The notes under the pieces are model-generated. The model worked only from the letters and a program-made list of their open reading frames with translations, ran no database searches and was not told the origin of the DNA. DNA of 32,000 bases from Candidatus Nanosynbacter lyticus (GTDB taxonomy: Bacteria; Patescibacteriota; Saccharimonadia; Saccharimonadales; Saccharimonadaceae): NCBI RefSeq assembly GCF_000803625.1, contig NZ_CP007496.1, positions 30,001-62,000 of the forward strand, in the 5' to 3' direction. Below, piece after piece: positions 1 to 9,603 of this stretch. Every line of letters begins with the position of its first letter. Position 1 is the stretch's first letter. The position numbers and the translations under genes were made by a program.

Positions 1-900
1 GTGCCAATTGAGGCGGCGGTGATGACTAACTTGACTCAAGATCACCTGGATTACCATAAAACAATGGAAGAGTATGCAGAGGCAAAGGCTAAATTATTTG
101 AAAAGCAGCCAAAATATATCGTGTTAAATCGCGATGATAAGTGGTTTGAATATTTCAATAAGTTTAATGCTTCTGGCGAAAAGATGACGTACGGTGTGAG
201 TCCGGAGGCCGAGGCTCGGATAACACACATTAAGCTTTATAAAAAGGGCACTGAAGCAAGTTTGCTCATTGACCATCAGACCCATTTGGAGTTGGCGACT
301 AATTTACCTGGTGAATTTAATGTACTTAATATGTCAGCGGCAGTGTCTTTGGCGTATTTGCTCGGTATAAAGCTAGAAGATATTCAAGAAGGCGTGGCAA
401 ATCTGGAGACGATTCCAGGGCGTTTTGAGCGAGTGGATAATAAGCGCGGAATTGATATTATCGTGGATTATGCGCACACGCCAGATGCATTGGAGAAATT
501 GTTAAAAACGACACGGAGAATTGCTAAAGGGAGATTATTCTTAGTCTTCGGCGCGTGTGGTGACCGAGATAAAACAAAGCGACCAATTATGGGAGAGCTG
601 GCGGCTAATTTGGCGGATAGAATTTTTCTAACAGACGAAGAGAGCTATAGTGAGAATCCAGATGATATTCGGGCAATGATTCGACAGGGAATTGAGCGAA
701 CAAAGAAGGTTCATAAGATGACGGAAATTGCTGATCGAAAACAAGCGATTTATCAGGCACTAAAATCAGCCGTACGTGGCGATACGGTTCTAATTACCGG
801 TATGGGTCATGAGCAGTATCGAATTGTTAACGGTAAGCGAATTCCGTGGAATGATAAGACGGTTGTAAAAGAAGTTCTCGGGATAGAGAAAAATAAATAA
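1..900 (+). CDS. murE: Mur ligase, MurE-type (UDP-N-acetylmuramyl-tripeptide synthetase), 5'-truncated by window edge
   Basis: TNLTQDHLDYH, NVLNMSAA, GRFERVD, DYAHTPDALEK and FGACGDRDKTKRPIMG motifs typical of the MurE central and C-terminal domains; reading frame open from base 1. Confidence 0.9.
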   Translation: MPIEAAVMTNLTQDHLDYHKTMEEYAEAKAKLFEKQPKYIVLNRDDKWFEYFNKFNASGEKMTYGVSPEAEARITHIKLYKKGTEASLLIDHQTHLELATNLPGEFNVLNMSAAVSLAYLLGIKLEDIQEGVANLETIPGRFERVDNKRGIDIIVDYAHTPDALEKLLKTTRRIAKGRLFLVFGACGDRDKTKRPIMGELAANLADRIFLTDEESYSENPDDIRAMIRQGIERTKKVHKMTEIADRKQAIYQALKSAVRGDTVLITGMGHEQYRIVNGKRIPWNDKTVVKEVLGIEKNK

Positions 901-981
901 TTCGGCCAACTATTTATCAAGCTTTTATGAACAGTTAATGATATCTGTCGGTCTATCGATTGGATAGTGAATTAATTAAAA

Positions 982-2259
982 CTAATAAGGTTGATCGAAA
1001 AATTGCTGTTTCTTTTTAAGCCAGGTTTCTGATTGGCGGACAAGTTTTTGGCTGTCAGCGGGGTTATTGAGCAGTGGTTTAATAGTTTCCTCGAGATATA
1101 TGCCGCCCTGTGAGCCCTTGAAAAGGATTGTCGTGTCTTTAATTCCTTTACTCTTTAAGAACTCTCCAGCTTCTGGTGATTTGTCAAATGACAAAACCTT
1201 GCAACCATTTTTTTCAGCAATTGGTGCAAGGTGTTTTTTAGCTAATTTACCGACGGTAATCAGTAGGTCTAATTGCTTGGGGTCACACAGTCTACCAATT
1301 TTTTCATGCTCCAGCTTAGAGGAATCGCCAAGCTCATTCATGTCGCCTAAAACCGCAATTTTACGACTTGCTTCCAGAGAGTAAAGTGTTTTTAGGGAAT
1401 TTTCCATAGCAACGGGACTGGCGTTATAGGTGTCGTCTAGTAGGGTGCATCCTTGCGTGCCGCGTAGAATATTCATCCTACCGGAGACAGGTTTAATTTT
1501 CGTTAAGGCTGCTGCGACTTCGTCAATATTCATGCCGCAAGCTAGACCTGCTGCTGCCGCGCCAGTGATAGAGCGGATGTTGTGCTTGCCTAATACGGAG
1601 ATATTGATGTTGCGAGACTCTTCTTGATTGTGCCGTAAAGTTGCAATGTAGCCGTCGCTAGTAGTTTCTTTAATTTGCAAGAGAACATCGGCAGATTCAT
1701 CGCCGTAGCTTATTTTTTTGCCAATTATAAGTGAGTGATATTTTTTATCAATATCGTGAAAATTGAAGATGGTTTTTTTAGCAACTTGACTAATGGACAA
1801 TTCTTCGCGCGCCACCACGTCAATTGTTTTAAAAAACTCCATATGTTCTGGTGCGACAGAGGTGATTATAGCGATATCAGGCTGAATGTAGCGCATAAAT
1901 GTTGCCATTTCACCCGGACAATCAATGCCACATTCTTGGATAATGATGTCAGGCGATTGCGGATTTTTAATACTAGAACGGGCAGCGGAGAAGACTTTTA
2001 GCCAATCTAGGGGCGATTTGACGTTTTTTGGTCCGTCAATACCAAGAATTTCTAAAGGTGCGCTTAAGGTGGTATTCAAGTTGCCGCGGCTGTGACGAAC
2101 GATAAACTTTTCCGATAAAACGGTGGTAGTTGCTGATTTGACGCTGGTTTTACCGACGCTACCAACCACAGCGATTAATTTAACATTGGAATGAGATTTA
2201 AAATATTTTTTAACGTAAGATCCAAGGATTTTTTCTAAGAGGTGTTTGAATAATTGCAT
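982..2259 (-). CDS. murF: UDP-N-acetylmuramoyl-tripeptide--D-alanyl-D-alanine ligase
   Basis: VGSVGKTSVKS P-loop, TAPLEILG, NVKSP, DDTYNASPVAMENSLKTL and LGDMNELG motifs of MurF. Confidence 0.9.
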   Translation of the reverse strand: MQLFKHLLEKILGSYVKKYFKSHSNVKLIAVVGSVGKTSVKSATTTVLSEKFIVRHSRGNLNTTLSAPLEILGIDGPKNVKSPLDWLKVFSAARSSIKNPQSPDIIIQECGIDCPGEMATFMRYIQPDIAIITSVAPEHMEFFKTIDVVAREELSISQVAKKTIFNFHDIDKKYHSLIIGKKISYGDESADVLLQIKETTSDGYIATLRHNQEESRNINISVLGKHNIRSITGAAAAGLACGMNIDEVAAALTKIKPVSGRMNILRGTQGCTLLDDTYNASPVAMENSLKTLYSLEASRKIAVLGDMNELGDSSKLEHEKIGRLCDPKQLDLLITVGKLAKKHLAPIAEKNGCKVLSFDKSPEAGEFLKSKGIKDTTILFKGSQGGIYLEETIKPLLNNPADSQKLVRQSETWLKKKQQFFDQPY

Positions 2260-2292
2260 GAGGATATTATATCAGACTGATAGTAATTAAAA

Positions 2293-2319
2293 TTAGCACT
2301 CAAGCTTGACGAGTGCCAA
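2293..2319 (+). promoter_or_regulatory. CIRCE operator (HrcA binding site) upstream of groES
   Basis: TTAGCACTC-N9(AAGCTTGAC)-GAGTGCCAA; 17 of 18 arm positions match the CIRCE consensus TTAGCACTC-N9-GAGTGCTAA. Confidence 0.93.
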
Positions 2320-2335
2320 ATTGGTGCGTTACAAT
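2306..2335 (+). promoter_or_regulatory. sigma70-type promoter of groESL, overlapping CIRCE
   Basis: -35 TTGACG (2306-2311), 18-bp spacer, -10 TACAAT (2330-2335). Confidence 0.75.
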
Positions 2336-2365
2336 AGGTTTATTGTTAACGAAATGGAGGATATT

Positions 2366-2632
2366 GTGAGCGTACCTATTCAGCCTCTTGGCGACCGTGT
2401 GGTAGCGGTGCGGGAAGAAGCAAAAACGCAGACGGCGAGTGGAATTTACTTGCCTGATAATGCTAAAGAAAAGCCAATAATTGCTGAAATTAAAGCAGTT
2501 GGCGGCGATGTTAAGAATGTTAAGATTGGCGATCGAATTATCTACAAGGAATATTCGACCACGGATTTGAAAATTGACGGTACGGAATATTTGATTGTCC
2601 GCGAGGAAGATATTTTAGCAACGGTTGTTTGA
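2366..2632 (+). CDS. groES: co-chaperonin GroES
   Basis: IQPLGDRVVAVREEAKTQTASGIYLPDNAKEKP...VKIGDRIIYKEY; GTG start at 2366 preceded by GGAGG. The longer ORF start at 2306 would fall inside the promoter/CIRCE. Confidence 0.93.
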   Translation: MSVPIQPLGDRVVAVREEAKTQTASGIYLPDNAKEKPIIAEIKAVGGDVKNVKIGDRIIYKEYSTTDLKIDGTEYLIVREEDILATVV

Positions 2633-2651
2633 GAAAAGGGGAGTTTTTATT

Positions 2652-4295
2652 ATGGCAAAAAAAGTTTTTTACGATGACGATGCGCGCGCTCGCGTGTTGG
2701 GCGGCGCCGAGGCGCTGTATAATGCAGTTAAGGTAACCTACGGGCCAAAGGGCCGCAATGTGGTGATTGCCAAGGGGTTTGGCGGGCCAACCGTGACGCA
2801 CGATGGCGTGACAGTGGCGGAAGGAATTGAATTACCAGAGAATGACGATGAGACGCTAGGCTACAAGGTTGGTGCGGATTTGATTAAACAAGCGGCCAAG
2901 AACTTGAACAAGCAGGCTGGTGACGGTACCACGACGGTGACGGTGCTGACCTATTCGATTTTGAAAGAGGCCAACCGGTTGATCGCGGCAGGGCACAACC
3001 CGATGGAGCTACGCAAAGGTATCGAGCAGGCTGGCGCGGAAATTGTCAAAGAGCTGAACAAATTAGCTGAGCCAATTGAGGGTAAGTCCGATCGCGTGGC
3101 CGAGGTAGCGACCATTTCGGCGGGTGACGCGGAAATTGGCAAATTGATCGCTGGTGTCATCGAGAAAGTTGGCAAAGACGGCGTGGTGACGGTTGAAGCT
3201 GGCCAAGGTTTGGAGCTGGAAGCCGAGGTTGTTGAGGGCTTCAGCCTAGATAAGGGCTGGGTCAGTCCGTTCTTCGTCACCGACACTGGTCGACAAGAGG
3301 CGGTTTACGAAAAGCCAGCGATTTTGATTACCGATAAGAAAATTTCCAGCGTGCAAGAGTTCCTGCCGATGCTAGAGAAATTAGCACAATCTGGTAAAAA
3401 GGACGTGGTACTAATCGCTGATGAAGTTGAGGGCGAGGCGCTGAGCATTTTGGTATTGAACAAGCTCAAGGGTGTATTTAATACCGTGGCGGTCAAGGCA
3501 CCAAGCTTTGGCGACCGCCGCAAGGAGATTTTGCGTGACATCGCGGTGCTGACCGGCGCAACGGTGATTTCTGAAGATCACGGTTTGACGTTTGAGAATG
3601 CTGGCCTGGAGGTCTTGGGCTCAGCACGCAAGGTGATTGTCGGCAAAGACGAAACCACCATCGTTGAGGGCGCGGGCAAGCCATCAGCCGTGAAGGAGCA
3701 GATCGCTCAGATCAAGGCACTGTCCGACAATGCTTCCAGCGAATACGAAAAAGAACAATTCGACAAGCGGGCGGCGGCGCTATCTGGCAAAGTTGCCGTT
3801 ATCAAAGTCGGCGGTGCGACCGAGACAGAAATTGACGAAAAGAAGTTCCGCGTGGACGACGCCGTGGCAGCCACTAAGGCAGCCTTGGCTGAGGGTATCG
3901 TCGCTGGTGGTGGCGTAACCTTGGTTAATTTGGCTGGCGGTCTGAAGGTGACTGGTGCAGACAGCATCGCGGCTGGCCGGCAGATTTTAAAGGACGCCCT
4001 GAAGCACCCATTCCTGCAGATTATGCGTAACGCTGGTTTGAACGCCGACGCACTACTAGCGCAAGTCGAGGCGGGCAAGGCTGGCTTTGGTGTTAATGTC
4101 ATGAAACCCGAAAATGAATTGGTGGATGTCAAAAAAGCTGGTGTCATCGACCCAGCGCGTGTCACCAAGGAAGCGGTGCAGAACGCGGTATCCATCGCTT
4201 CGACCGCAGCGACCATGGGCGCATTAGTCGTCGACGTGCCAGAGCCAGAAGCTCCAGCTGCGCCTGGCGGCATGCCGGGTATGGGGATGATGTAA
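2652..4295 (+). CDS. groL: chaperonin GroEL
   Basis: MAKKVFYDDDARARVLGG..., VKVTYGPKGRNVV, GDGTTTVTVL, GGM-rich C-terminus (GGMPGMGMM); start at the internal ATG 2652 after a GGAG-type SD. Confidence 0.97.
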   Translation: MAKKVFYDDDARARVLGGAEALYNAVKVTYGPKGRNVVIAKGFGGPTVTHDGVTVAEGIELPENDDETLGYKVGADLIKQAAKNLNKQAGDGTTTVTVLTYSILKEANRLIAAGHNPMELRKGIEQAGAEIVKELNKLAEPIEGKSDRVAEVATISAGDAEIGKLIAGVIEKVGKDGVVTVEAGQGLELEAEVVEGFSLDKGWVSPFFVTDTGRQEAVYEKPAILITDKKISSVQEFLPMLEKLAQSGKKDVVLIADEVEGEALSILVLNKLKGVFNTVAVKAPSFGDRRKEILRDIAVLTGATVISEDHGLTFENAGLEVLGSARKVIVGKDETTIVEGAGKPSAVKEQIAQIKALSDNASSEYEKEQFDKRAAALSGKVAVIKVGGATETEIDEKKFRVDDAVAATKAALAEGIVAGGGVTLVNLAGGLKVTGADSIAAGRQILKDALKHPFLQIMRNAGLNADALLAQVEAGKAGFGVNVMKPENELVDVKKAGVIDPARVTKEAVQNAVSIASTAATMGALVVDVPEPEAPAAPGGMPGMGMM

Positions 4296-4313
4296 GTTCA
4301 TTCTGTTAGTAAT

Positions 4314-4344
4314 AAAAATCCCGCCAGAGTCAGCGGGATTTTTT
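4314..4344. terminator. rho-independent terminator, plausibly bidirectional
   Basis: AAAAATCCCGC-CAGAGTCA-GCGGGATTTTT(T) hairpin flanked by A-run and T-run, between convergent groEL and the minus-strand ORF. Confidence 0.9.
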
Positions 4345-4358
4345 ATTGGAGGAATTAA

Positions 4359-4865
4359 CTAGCGGGGATTTGAAAGATAATCAATCTCTTTAATGATATC
4401 CAGCAAGGCTTGAGCGCGACGAGCTTCGTCGGCAATAGCTATAGCCGCATCGTGTGCTGGTGCAATAAGGCTTTTATCATCAGTAGAGCGCAACAATAAT
4501 AGGTAAGTGTCAAACTTTTCTTCTGGTGAAACATCAAGCTTATCAACCAACGGACGAAGTTCATTTAAAGCAGTCTGCTTAATGCTGTCAAGCGTAGGGT
4601 CTGTAGTTGGGTGTGATGAATCCGTGGATATCGTTGGTGTTGGATTTACAGCTACTGGATTTACAGAAGGCTCAACTACAGGCTGGCTATTGTCTTCATC
4701 TGTAGTAACAGGGTCTGGTGAAATAGTTGCAGGATTAACCGTTGGAGTAACTATATTATTTGTTTCTTCAAATTGTAAATTATTATCTGTGTCTTGTGAC
4801 ACACCAGCTAATACCTTAGCTAACTCCTGGTCGTCACTGATTGATTGATTAGCTCGAGAATCCAT
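4359..4865 (-). CDS. hypothetical protein, Asn/Thr/Pro-rich N-terminal half
   Basis: Open frame of 168 aa running up to the terminator; no family recognised. Confidence 0.6.
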   Translation of the reverse strand: MDSRANQSISDDQELAKVLAGVSQDTDNNLQFEETNNIVTPTVNPATISPDPVTTDEDNSQPVVEPSVNPVAVNPTPTISTDSSHPTTDPTLDSIKQTALNELRPLVDKLDVSPEEKFDTYLLLLRSTDDKSLIAPAHDAAIAIADEARRAQALLDIIKEIDYLSNPR

Positions 4866-4942
4866 TTATAACCCACCTTATATGTTAAATTGTTTAAGCT
4901 TATTATGTTATACTATAGCATGAGTGAATTGAGGAGTGCAAG

Positions 4943-5983
4943 ATGTTAGATGACATAAATGTGATAAAACAGTATGATCCAGGAGATGTGCTTAGTGGTG
5001 TTTTGAACATTCCGGAACAAGCACGCTACGAAGTAGTAGTTCACGAGGGGTCAAATCAGCGACGTGATTTTAAGAATATTGTAATTGCTGGAATGGGTGG
5101 ATCAGCGCTGGCGGCAGATATGGTCCGAGTATTAACTGCAGGTTGGTTGCATCTTCCACTAGAAGTAGTAAAGGGCTATGATTTGCCGGGTTTTGTTGGT
5201 GAAGAAACGCTGGTTATTGCGGTTAGTCATTCAGGTAATACCGAAGAAACATTGAGTTGTTATCAGCAAGCATTAGATAAAAAATCTTGCTTAGCAGTAA
5301 TGTCAACTGGCGGAGAATTGATTAAGCGAGCAAATAACGACAATATCACGTACGCTCAGATTCCAGCGGGCACTCAGCCACGCATGTCGACTGTTTATCA
5401 TTTGCGAGGGCTATTGAAATTATTACAGTATTTTTGGGTGATTGACGGCGATTTATATAATCAGGTGGCGGATAGTGCTGACTGGCTGGAGGGTGAAATT
5501 TCTCATTGGACGCCTGCAGTGCCAGAGAAAAATAATCTAGCTAAGCAGATTGCTAAAATGACAATTGGTAAAACGTTAGTTATTTTTGGTGGTGAATTAA
5601 CTTGGCCGCTGGCTTACAAATGGAAGATTAGTTGGAATGAATCAGCAAAGAATTTGGCGTTCTCTAATCAGTATCCAGAGTTTAACCATAACGAGTTTAT
5701 TGGCTGGTCGTCACATCCAGTAGAAAAACCGTTTACGGTCTTTGATATTCGTAGTAATTTGGAGCAAGCTAGGATCCGCGAACGGATGGAATTAAGCGAC
5801 CGTCTGTTGAGCGGCAAGCGACCAAAAGCGCACGTACTGGAACTCCAGGGAAGGACGCTGATGCAACAATTATTATGGGGATTAGTATTGGCTGATGCAG
5901 CTAGTATTTATACAGCAATTCTCAATGGCGTTAATCCGGGGCCAGTCCATCTAATTGAAAAGTTAAAGGCTGAGTTAAGTTAA
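4943..5983 (+). CDS. bifunctional phosphoglucose/phosphomannose isomerase-type SIS domain protein
   Basis: IVIAGMGGSALAADMVR, LVIAVSHSGNTEETLS, QPRMSTVYHLRGLL, PEFNHNEFIGW motifs of the archaeal/bacterial PGI/PMI family. Confidence 0.85.
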   Translation: MLDDINVIKQYDPGDVLSGVLNIPEQARYEVVVHEGSNQRRDFKNIVIAGMGGSALAADMVRVLTAGWLHLPLEVVKGYDLPGFVGEETLVIAVSHSGNTEETLSCYQQALDKKSCLAVMSTGGELIKRANNDNITYAQIPAGTQPRMSTVYHLRGLLKLLQYFWVIDGDLYNQVADSADWLEGEISHWTPAVPEKNNLAKQIAKMTIGKTLVIFGGELTWPLAYKWKISWNESAKNLAFSNQYPEFNHNEFIGWSSHPVEKPFTVFDIRSNLEQARIRERMELSDRLLSGKRPKAHVLELQGRTLMQQLLWGLVLADAASIYTAILNGVNPGPVHLIEKLKAELS

Positions 5984-7191
5984 TATCTTAGTGATTCAAT
6001 TGGGTCTCGTTTGGTGGCGCGGGCTGCTGGATAGACACCAGAAATTACACCAATAATCAACGAAAGTCCAATTGATAAGACGGCTGTTTGCCAATATATG
6101 TATGGCGTGAGAGGAAGATATAAGCTTACTAAATAAACTCCAGTGATTCCTAATCCGTAGCCAAATATACCGCCTAGTAGTCCAATGATGGCTGCTTCGA
6201 TTAAGAATTGGTTGATAATGTCCCAACCTGTAGCGCCAACTGCTCGCCTAACGCCAACTTCTCGCTGACGTTCGGCAACGTTGACTAACATTACGTTCAT
6301 AATACCAACTCCGCCGATTAATAGAGAGATGATACCGATAACTGTGAGGATTATTGAGATAAACTTTGCTAGGTTAGATTTCTTCTCATTGATTTCATCG
6401 CCAGAAACAATTCGATAATTTTTGTCGCTATCGTGGTTTTTCTTCAGGATATTATTAGCAGATGCTATGGCTGATCCAAGATCTTGATGGCTATTGGTGG
6501 TCATGACAATTTGCTGAATTTGCGGCGTTCCTTGTGTGAATTTTTTAACCACCGAAAGAGGTGTAATGGCGGCATTATTAAAATCTATATCCAGGTAACT
6601 AACTGGATTTTCGATATTTTTTAATACACCGACAACCGTTAGGGGTTGATTGCGGATAAAAATAACATTACCAATAGATTTCTCGGTGCCGAATAAATCA
6701 ATTGATAGCTGTTGACCAACTACAACTCCGCCTACTTCGTTGATAAATTCTCCATGAGCAATTTGCAGATTAGTGACATCTTTAAGAGACTCCGTGCTGC
6801 CAATTAGCGTGGCGTTTTGAGTATCAATTTTACCATCACGGGCGCGTAGTTCAGTATGTAAAAAGGCAATAGGTGCGGCTTTTGTATTGGTTATTTTACT
6901 AATATCCTTAGAATCTTTCTCGGTCAGAGTATTAACAGTGGTTGCGTTATCTGATTCTGTTAGTAGATTAGTGACATCTTTTTTATTGCCAGACTTAACT
7001 ATAGCAACAGGCTCACTGGAATGTTTAGTGGTACCACCGAATAGTTGATTAATGCCACTAGTTAAGGACAGAACCATGGTAATACTGGCAATACCAATCG
7101 TCACACCCATGACTGTTAAAAAGGTACGTCCACGATTAGCCTTCAGTGCTTGAGTGGCGCTCTCAAAATGATTTCTTATCAATATTTTCAT
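5980..7191 (-). CDS. ABC transporter permease, MacB/FtsX-like
   Basis: N-terminal TM segment with RTFLTVMGVTIGIASI, periplasmic domain, FtsX-like C-terminus (GGVGIMNVMLVNVAERQREVGVRRAVGAT, YPARRATKRDPIESLRY). Confidence 0.9.
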   Translation of the reverse strand: MKILIRNHFESATQALKANRGRTFLTVMGVTIGIASITMVLSLTSGINQLFGGTTKHSSEPVAIVKSGNKKDVTNLLTESDNATTVNTLTEKDSKDISKITNTKAAPIAFLHTELRARDGKIDTQNATLIGSTESLKDVTNLQIAHGEFINEVGGVVVGQQLSIDLFGTEKSIGNVIFIRNQPLTVVGVLKNIENPVSYLDIDFNNAAITPLSVVKKFTQGTPQIQQIVMTTNSHQDLGSAIASANNILKKNHDSDKNYRIVSGDEINEKKSNLAKFISIILTVIGIISLLIGGVGIMNVMLVNVAERQREVGVRRAVGATGWDIINQFLIEAAIIGLLGGIFGYGLGITGVYLVSLYLPLTPYIYWQTAVLSIGLSLIIGVISGVYPAARATKRDPIESLRY

Positions 7192-7982
7192 GATTTTTTT
7201 GCCTTCTTTTTAGTCGAAGATTTTTTATTCCTATACTTATCTTCTTTTTCATCATCTTCAATAAGTTTCTTAGTGAATTTACGCTTTTCTTTATGCTCAT
7301 CAGTATCAATTTTACCGTCCAGCATAGTGATGACGCGGCTGGCGTAATGGATCAGTTCTGGGTTATGAGTAACCATAATTATGGTATTACCACGACGATG
7401 CAGGTCTGATAGCTCTTCCATGATAAGGTGACTTGATTTACTATCAAGGTTACCTGTTGGCTCGTCGGCAAGGATAATTGATGGGCTATTAACTAGTGCC
7501 CTGGCAATTGCTACACGCTGGACTTGACCGCCGGATAATTGATGTGGCATGTAGTATTCACGCTGGCCTAGGTGAAAGGTTTTTAGGATACGACTAGCCT
7601 CTTGTAGACGTTTAACTTTTCCTAGCCCCTTGTAAGTCAAGGGTAGTGCTACGTTTTCGATGACAGTTAATCGAGGAATTAGGTTAAAATTTTGAAAAAC
7701 AAAGCCAATGTGTTTGGAGCGAATTTTAGCGCGTCGTCGTGAATTTAGGTTATCTACGGCAACGTCATCTAGGTAGTATTCTCCTTCGGATGGCTGGTCT
7801 AATAGACCGAGGGTATTTAAGAGGGTGGTCTTGCCGCAGCCGCTTGGGCCCATAATAGCAATAAACTCACCTTTTTTAACGGTTAAATTAACGTTATCTA
7901 AGGCGCGAATTTCAGCATCGCCAAAGCCAAATTTTTTGGTGACATTAACAAGCCTAATGCGTGGTGGAATTGCTTCTTTCAT
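7188..7982 (-). CDS. ABC transporter ATP-binding protein, MacB/LolD-like, with Lys-rich C-terminal tail
   Basis: Walker A GPSGCGKTTLLN, signature LSGGQVQRVAIARAL, Walker B IILADEPTGNLD. Start placed at 7982 because the longer ORF runs antisense through tRNA-Ser. Confidence 0.9.
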   Translation of the reverse strand: MKEAIPPRIRLVNVTKKFGFGDAEIRALDNVNLTVKKGEFIAIMGPSGCGKTTLLNTLGLLDQPSEGEYYLDDVAVDNLNSRRRAKIRSKHIGFVFQNFNLIPRLTVIENVALPLTYKGLGKVKRLQEASRILKTFHLGQREYYMPHQLSGGQVQRVAIARALVNSPSIILADEPTGNLDSKSSHLIMEELSDLHRRGNTIIMVTHNPELIHYASRVITMLDGKIDTDEHKEKRKFTKKLIEDDEKEDKYRNKKSSTKKKAKKS

Positions 7983-8044
7983 CTTTTCTTCATTATAAGA
8001 ATAGGTATTGATAAGTGCAACCATAAGTGATAATAAAATTGTGG

Positions 8045-8050
8045 TATAAT
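8045..8050 (+). promoter_or_regulatory. probable -10 element of tRNA-Ser
   Basis: TATAAT ending 9 nt upstream of the mature tRNA 5' end; no convincing -35 seen. Confidence 0.5.
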
Positions 8051-8059
8051 TATCAACAA

Positions 8060-8149
8060 GGAAGGGTGCAGGAGTGGTTGAACTGGCACGCCTGGAACGC
8101 GTGTAACGGAGCAATCTGTTCGAGGGTTCGAATCCCTCTCCTTCCGCCA
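8060..8149 (+). tRNA. tRNA-Ser (anticodon GGA), CCA encoded
   Basis: Acceptor GGAAGGG/TCCTTCC, anticodon arm CACGC-CTGGAAC-GCGTG, long variable arm AACGGA-GCAA-TCTGTT, T-arm GAGGG-TTCGAAT-CCCTC, discriminator G + CCA. Confidence 0.95.
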
Positions 8150-8227
8150 CGGAGGAGTCTCTAGTGTGTTTGAATTTATCTAATATTTTATTCGTGCAGT
8201 AGATATTGTTTTACCTGATGTTATTAA

Positions 8228-8251
8228 AAAGATAAGAAGACAGCTTCTTTG
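8228..8251 (-). terminator. possible rho-independent terminator for the minus-strand ORF at 8258
   Basis: On the minus strand: AAGAAG-CTGT-CTTCTT stem-loop followed by ATCTTTTTAAT. Confidence 0.5.
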
Positions 8252-8257
8252 ATTATC

Positions 8258-9169
8258 TTAGTTATTTTTATGATTCCAGCCAACAATTTCTATAGATCTC
8301 CGAAGATATTTAGTTGTATCTTGAACAACTTTTTTCTTGATGTCATTGGGAATTTCTTTATAAAATAAAGCAAAAGTTCTTTCTATATAGACGTCTAGTG
8401 GCCAATCTGAATTAAAAAAGCTCGTATTGTTGGCTATCAGATCTTGGTAGGCCATTACGGTTTCTGCAAAATCATTTAGACAATCAGATATAATACTGGT
8501 CTTGACTTTTGATTTACGACTTCTTGTAGTCTTTTTTATAATGATATAGGAAAGATCTGAGGACTCTTCGTAGACATCATATTTTTCTGGTTGACGGTCC
8601 TTGTGAAACTCTAGTGCCTGATACTCGTTAACTATTTTATTGTAGTATCCTTCACTCTGAAATATTCGAGCTTTTTCTACTAGATAATTAACTGCCCGCT
8701 TGATTTTTGCATGGTTGTTGTCTATAAAGTCTACGCCCTTTATAGATTTATTTTTAGTGCGGGTGTTTATCCAGTCACCCAGTAATATGGGCGGTATGCG
8801 TTTGCTATTTTTATAGAAATCTATAAAATCTTCTACCTTTAGCACTTGGATATCTTTTATAAATTTTCCGCCAGCACCAGTTTCTCTTGGCGTTAATAAC
8901 TGGCGAATATCCAGCATAAATCCTTTTTCATGGGTTTCAAATATATTCATTAAGAGACCCGCATTGTCTGGATCAAAATCACCAAATGATACGCTACCGT
9001 TTTCATGCTCTTCTTCGCTATGTCGTGCTTTTGAAACTTCCACGAGGACATGAAGAATTACTTCACGTTGGATAGCAGCACGAAGTGTTTCAGCGAAGTC
9101 ATCTTTTATATAGGTTTTCTTTTTATCTTCGCCGAAATATTCTTTATTAATATCTGATACCACAGGCAT
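8258..9169 (-). CDS. hypothetical protein (~303 aa), no recognised family
   Basis: Long open frame. ORF extends to 9205, but the start at 9169 (MPVVSDINKEYF) fits a TATAAT located 6 nt upstream. AT-richer than neighbours and flanked by non-coding DNA. Confidence 0.6.
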   Translation of the reverse strand: MPVVSDINKEYFGEDKKKTYIKDDFAETLRAAIQREVILHVLVEVSKARHSEEEHENGSVSFGDFDPDNAGLLMNIFETHEKGFMLDIRQLLTPRETGAGGKFIKDIQVLKVEDFIDFYKNSKRIPPILLGDWINTRTKNKSIKGVDFIDNNHAKIKRAVNYLVEKARIFQSEGYYNKIVNEYQALEFHKDRQPEKYDVYEESSDLSYIIIKKTTRSRKSKVKTSIISDCLNDFAETVMAYQDLIANNTSFFNSDWPLDVYIERTFALFYKEIPNDIKKKVVQDTTKYLRRSIEIVGWNHKNN

Positions 9170-9573
9170 ACTTATATTATATGGTAGATAGTGAGCTGGC
9201 AACAATCTGGTGTCGACGGCTTTCTATATCATAATTACCTACGCCATGACAAACCAGAACATGAGAGTAGAATCAATTGCAAAAATCCTAACTAACAATT
9301 GTGACGGTAATGTTTTAAATTTGACTTTGAGCGAACATTTAAAATATCCAAGAGAAATTGTATCAGCCAGAGATATTGCGATGTGAATAGCGGGAATTTG
9401 TTTTTGTGGATACCAAGAATCTCCAGAATATGTGTCGCATATGTAGGCTAATCATGGTTTTCGGGTAGATGAGTAATAAGCTTGTCCAGAAAATAAGTGA
9501 CGTTGCAGATTGATATAAATTTCATACGGTATCTGATTATAGTAAAAATAGGTTGTAATTTTTACCAAATTAC

Positions 9574-9603
9574 TTGCAAAACACTAGATATAGCGGCTAT
9601 AGT
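9574..9603 (+). promoter_or_regulatory. putative nrdA promoter
   Basis: -35 TTGCAA (9574-9579), 18-bp spacer, -10 TATAGT (9598-9603). Confidence 0.55.

Noticed and set aside
2306-2365. Upstream extension of groES (MTSAKLVRYNRFIVNEMEDI)
   Set aside because: It overlaps the CIRCE/promoter, and a proper SD (GGAGG) precedes the GTG at 2366.
2951-4273. Four minus-strand ORFs opposite groEL, including one of 188 aa
   Set aside because: Shadow ORFs from codon bias of a highly conserved groEL gene; no plausible independent product.
7983-8150. N-terminal extension [30 protein letters not shown]... of the minus-strand ABC ATPase ORF
   Set aside because: This peptide is the antisense translation of tRNA-Ser (8060-8149), a known annotation artefact. 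The real start is most likely ATG at 7982.
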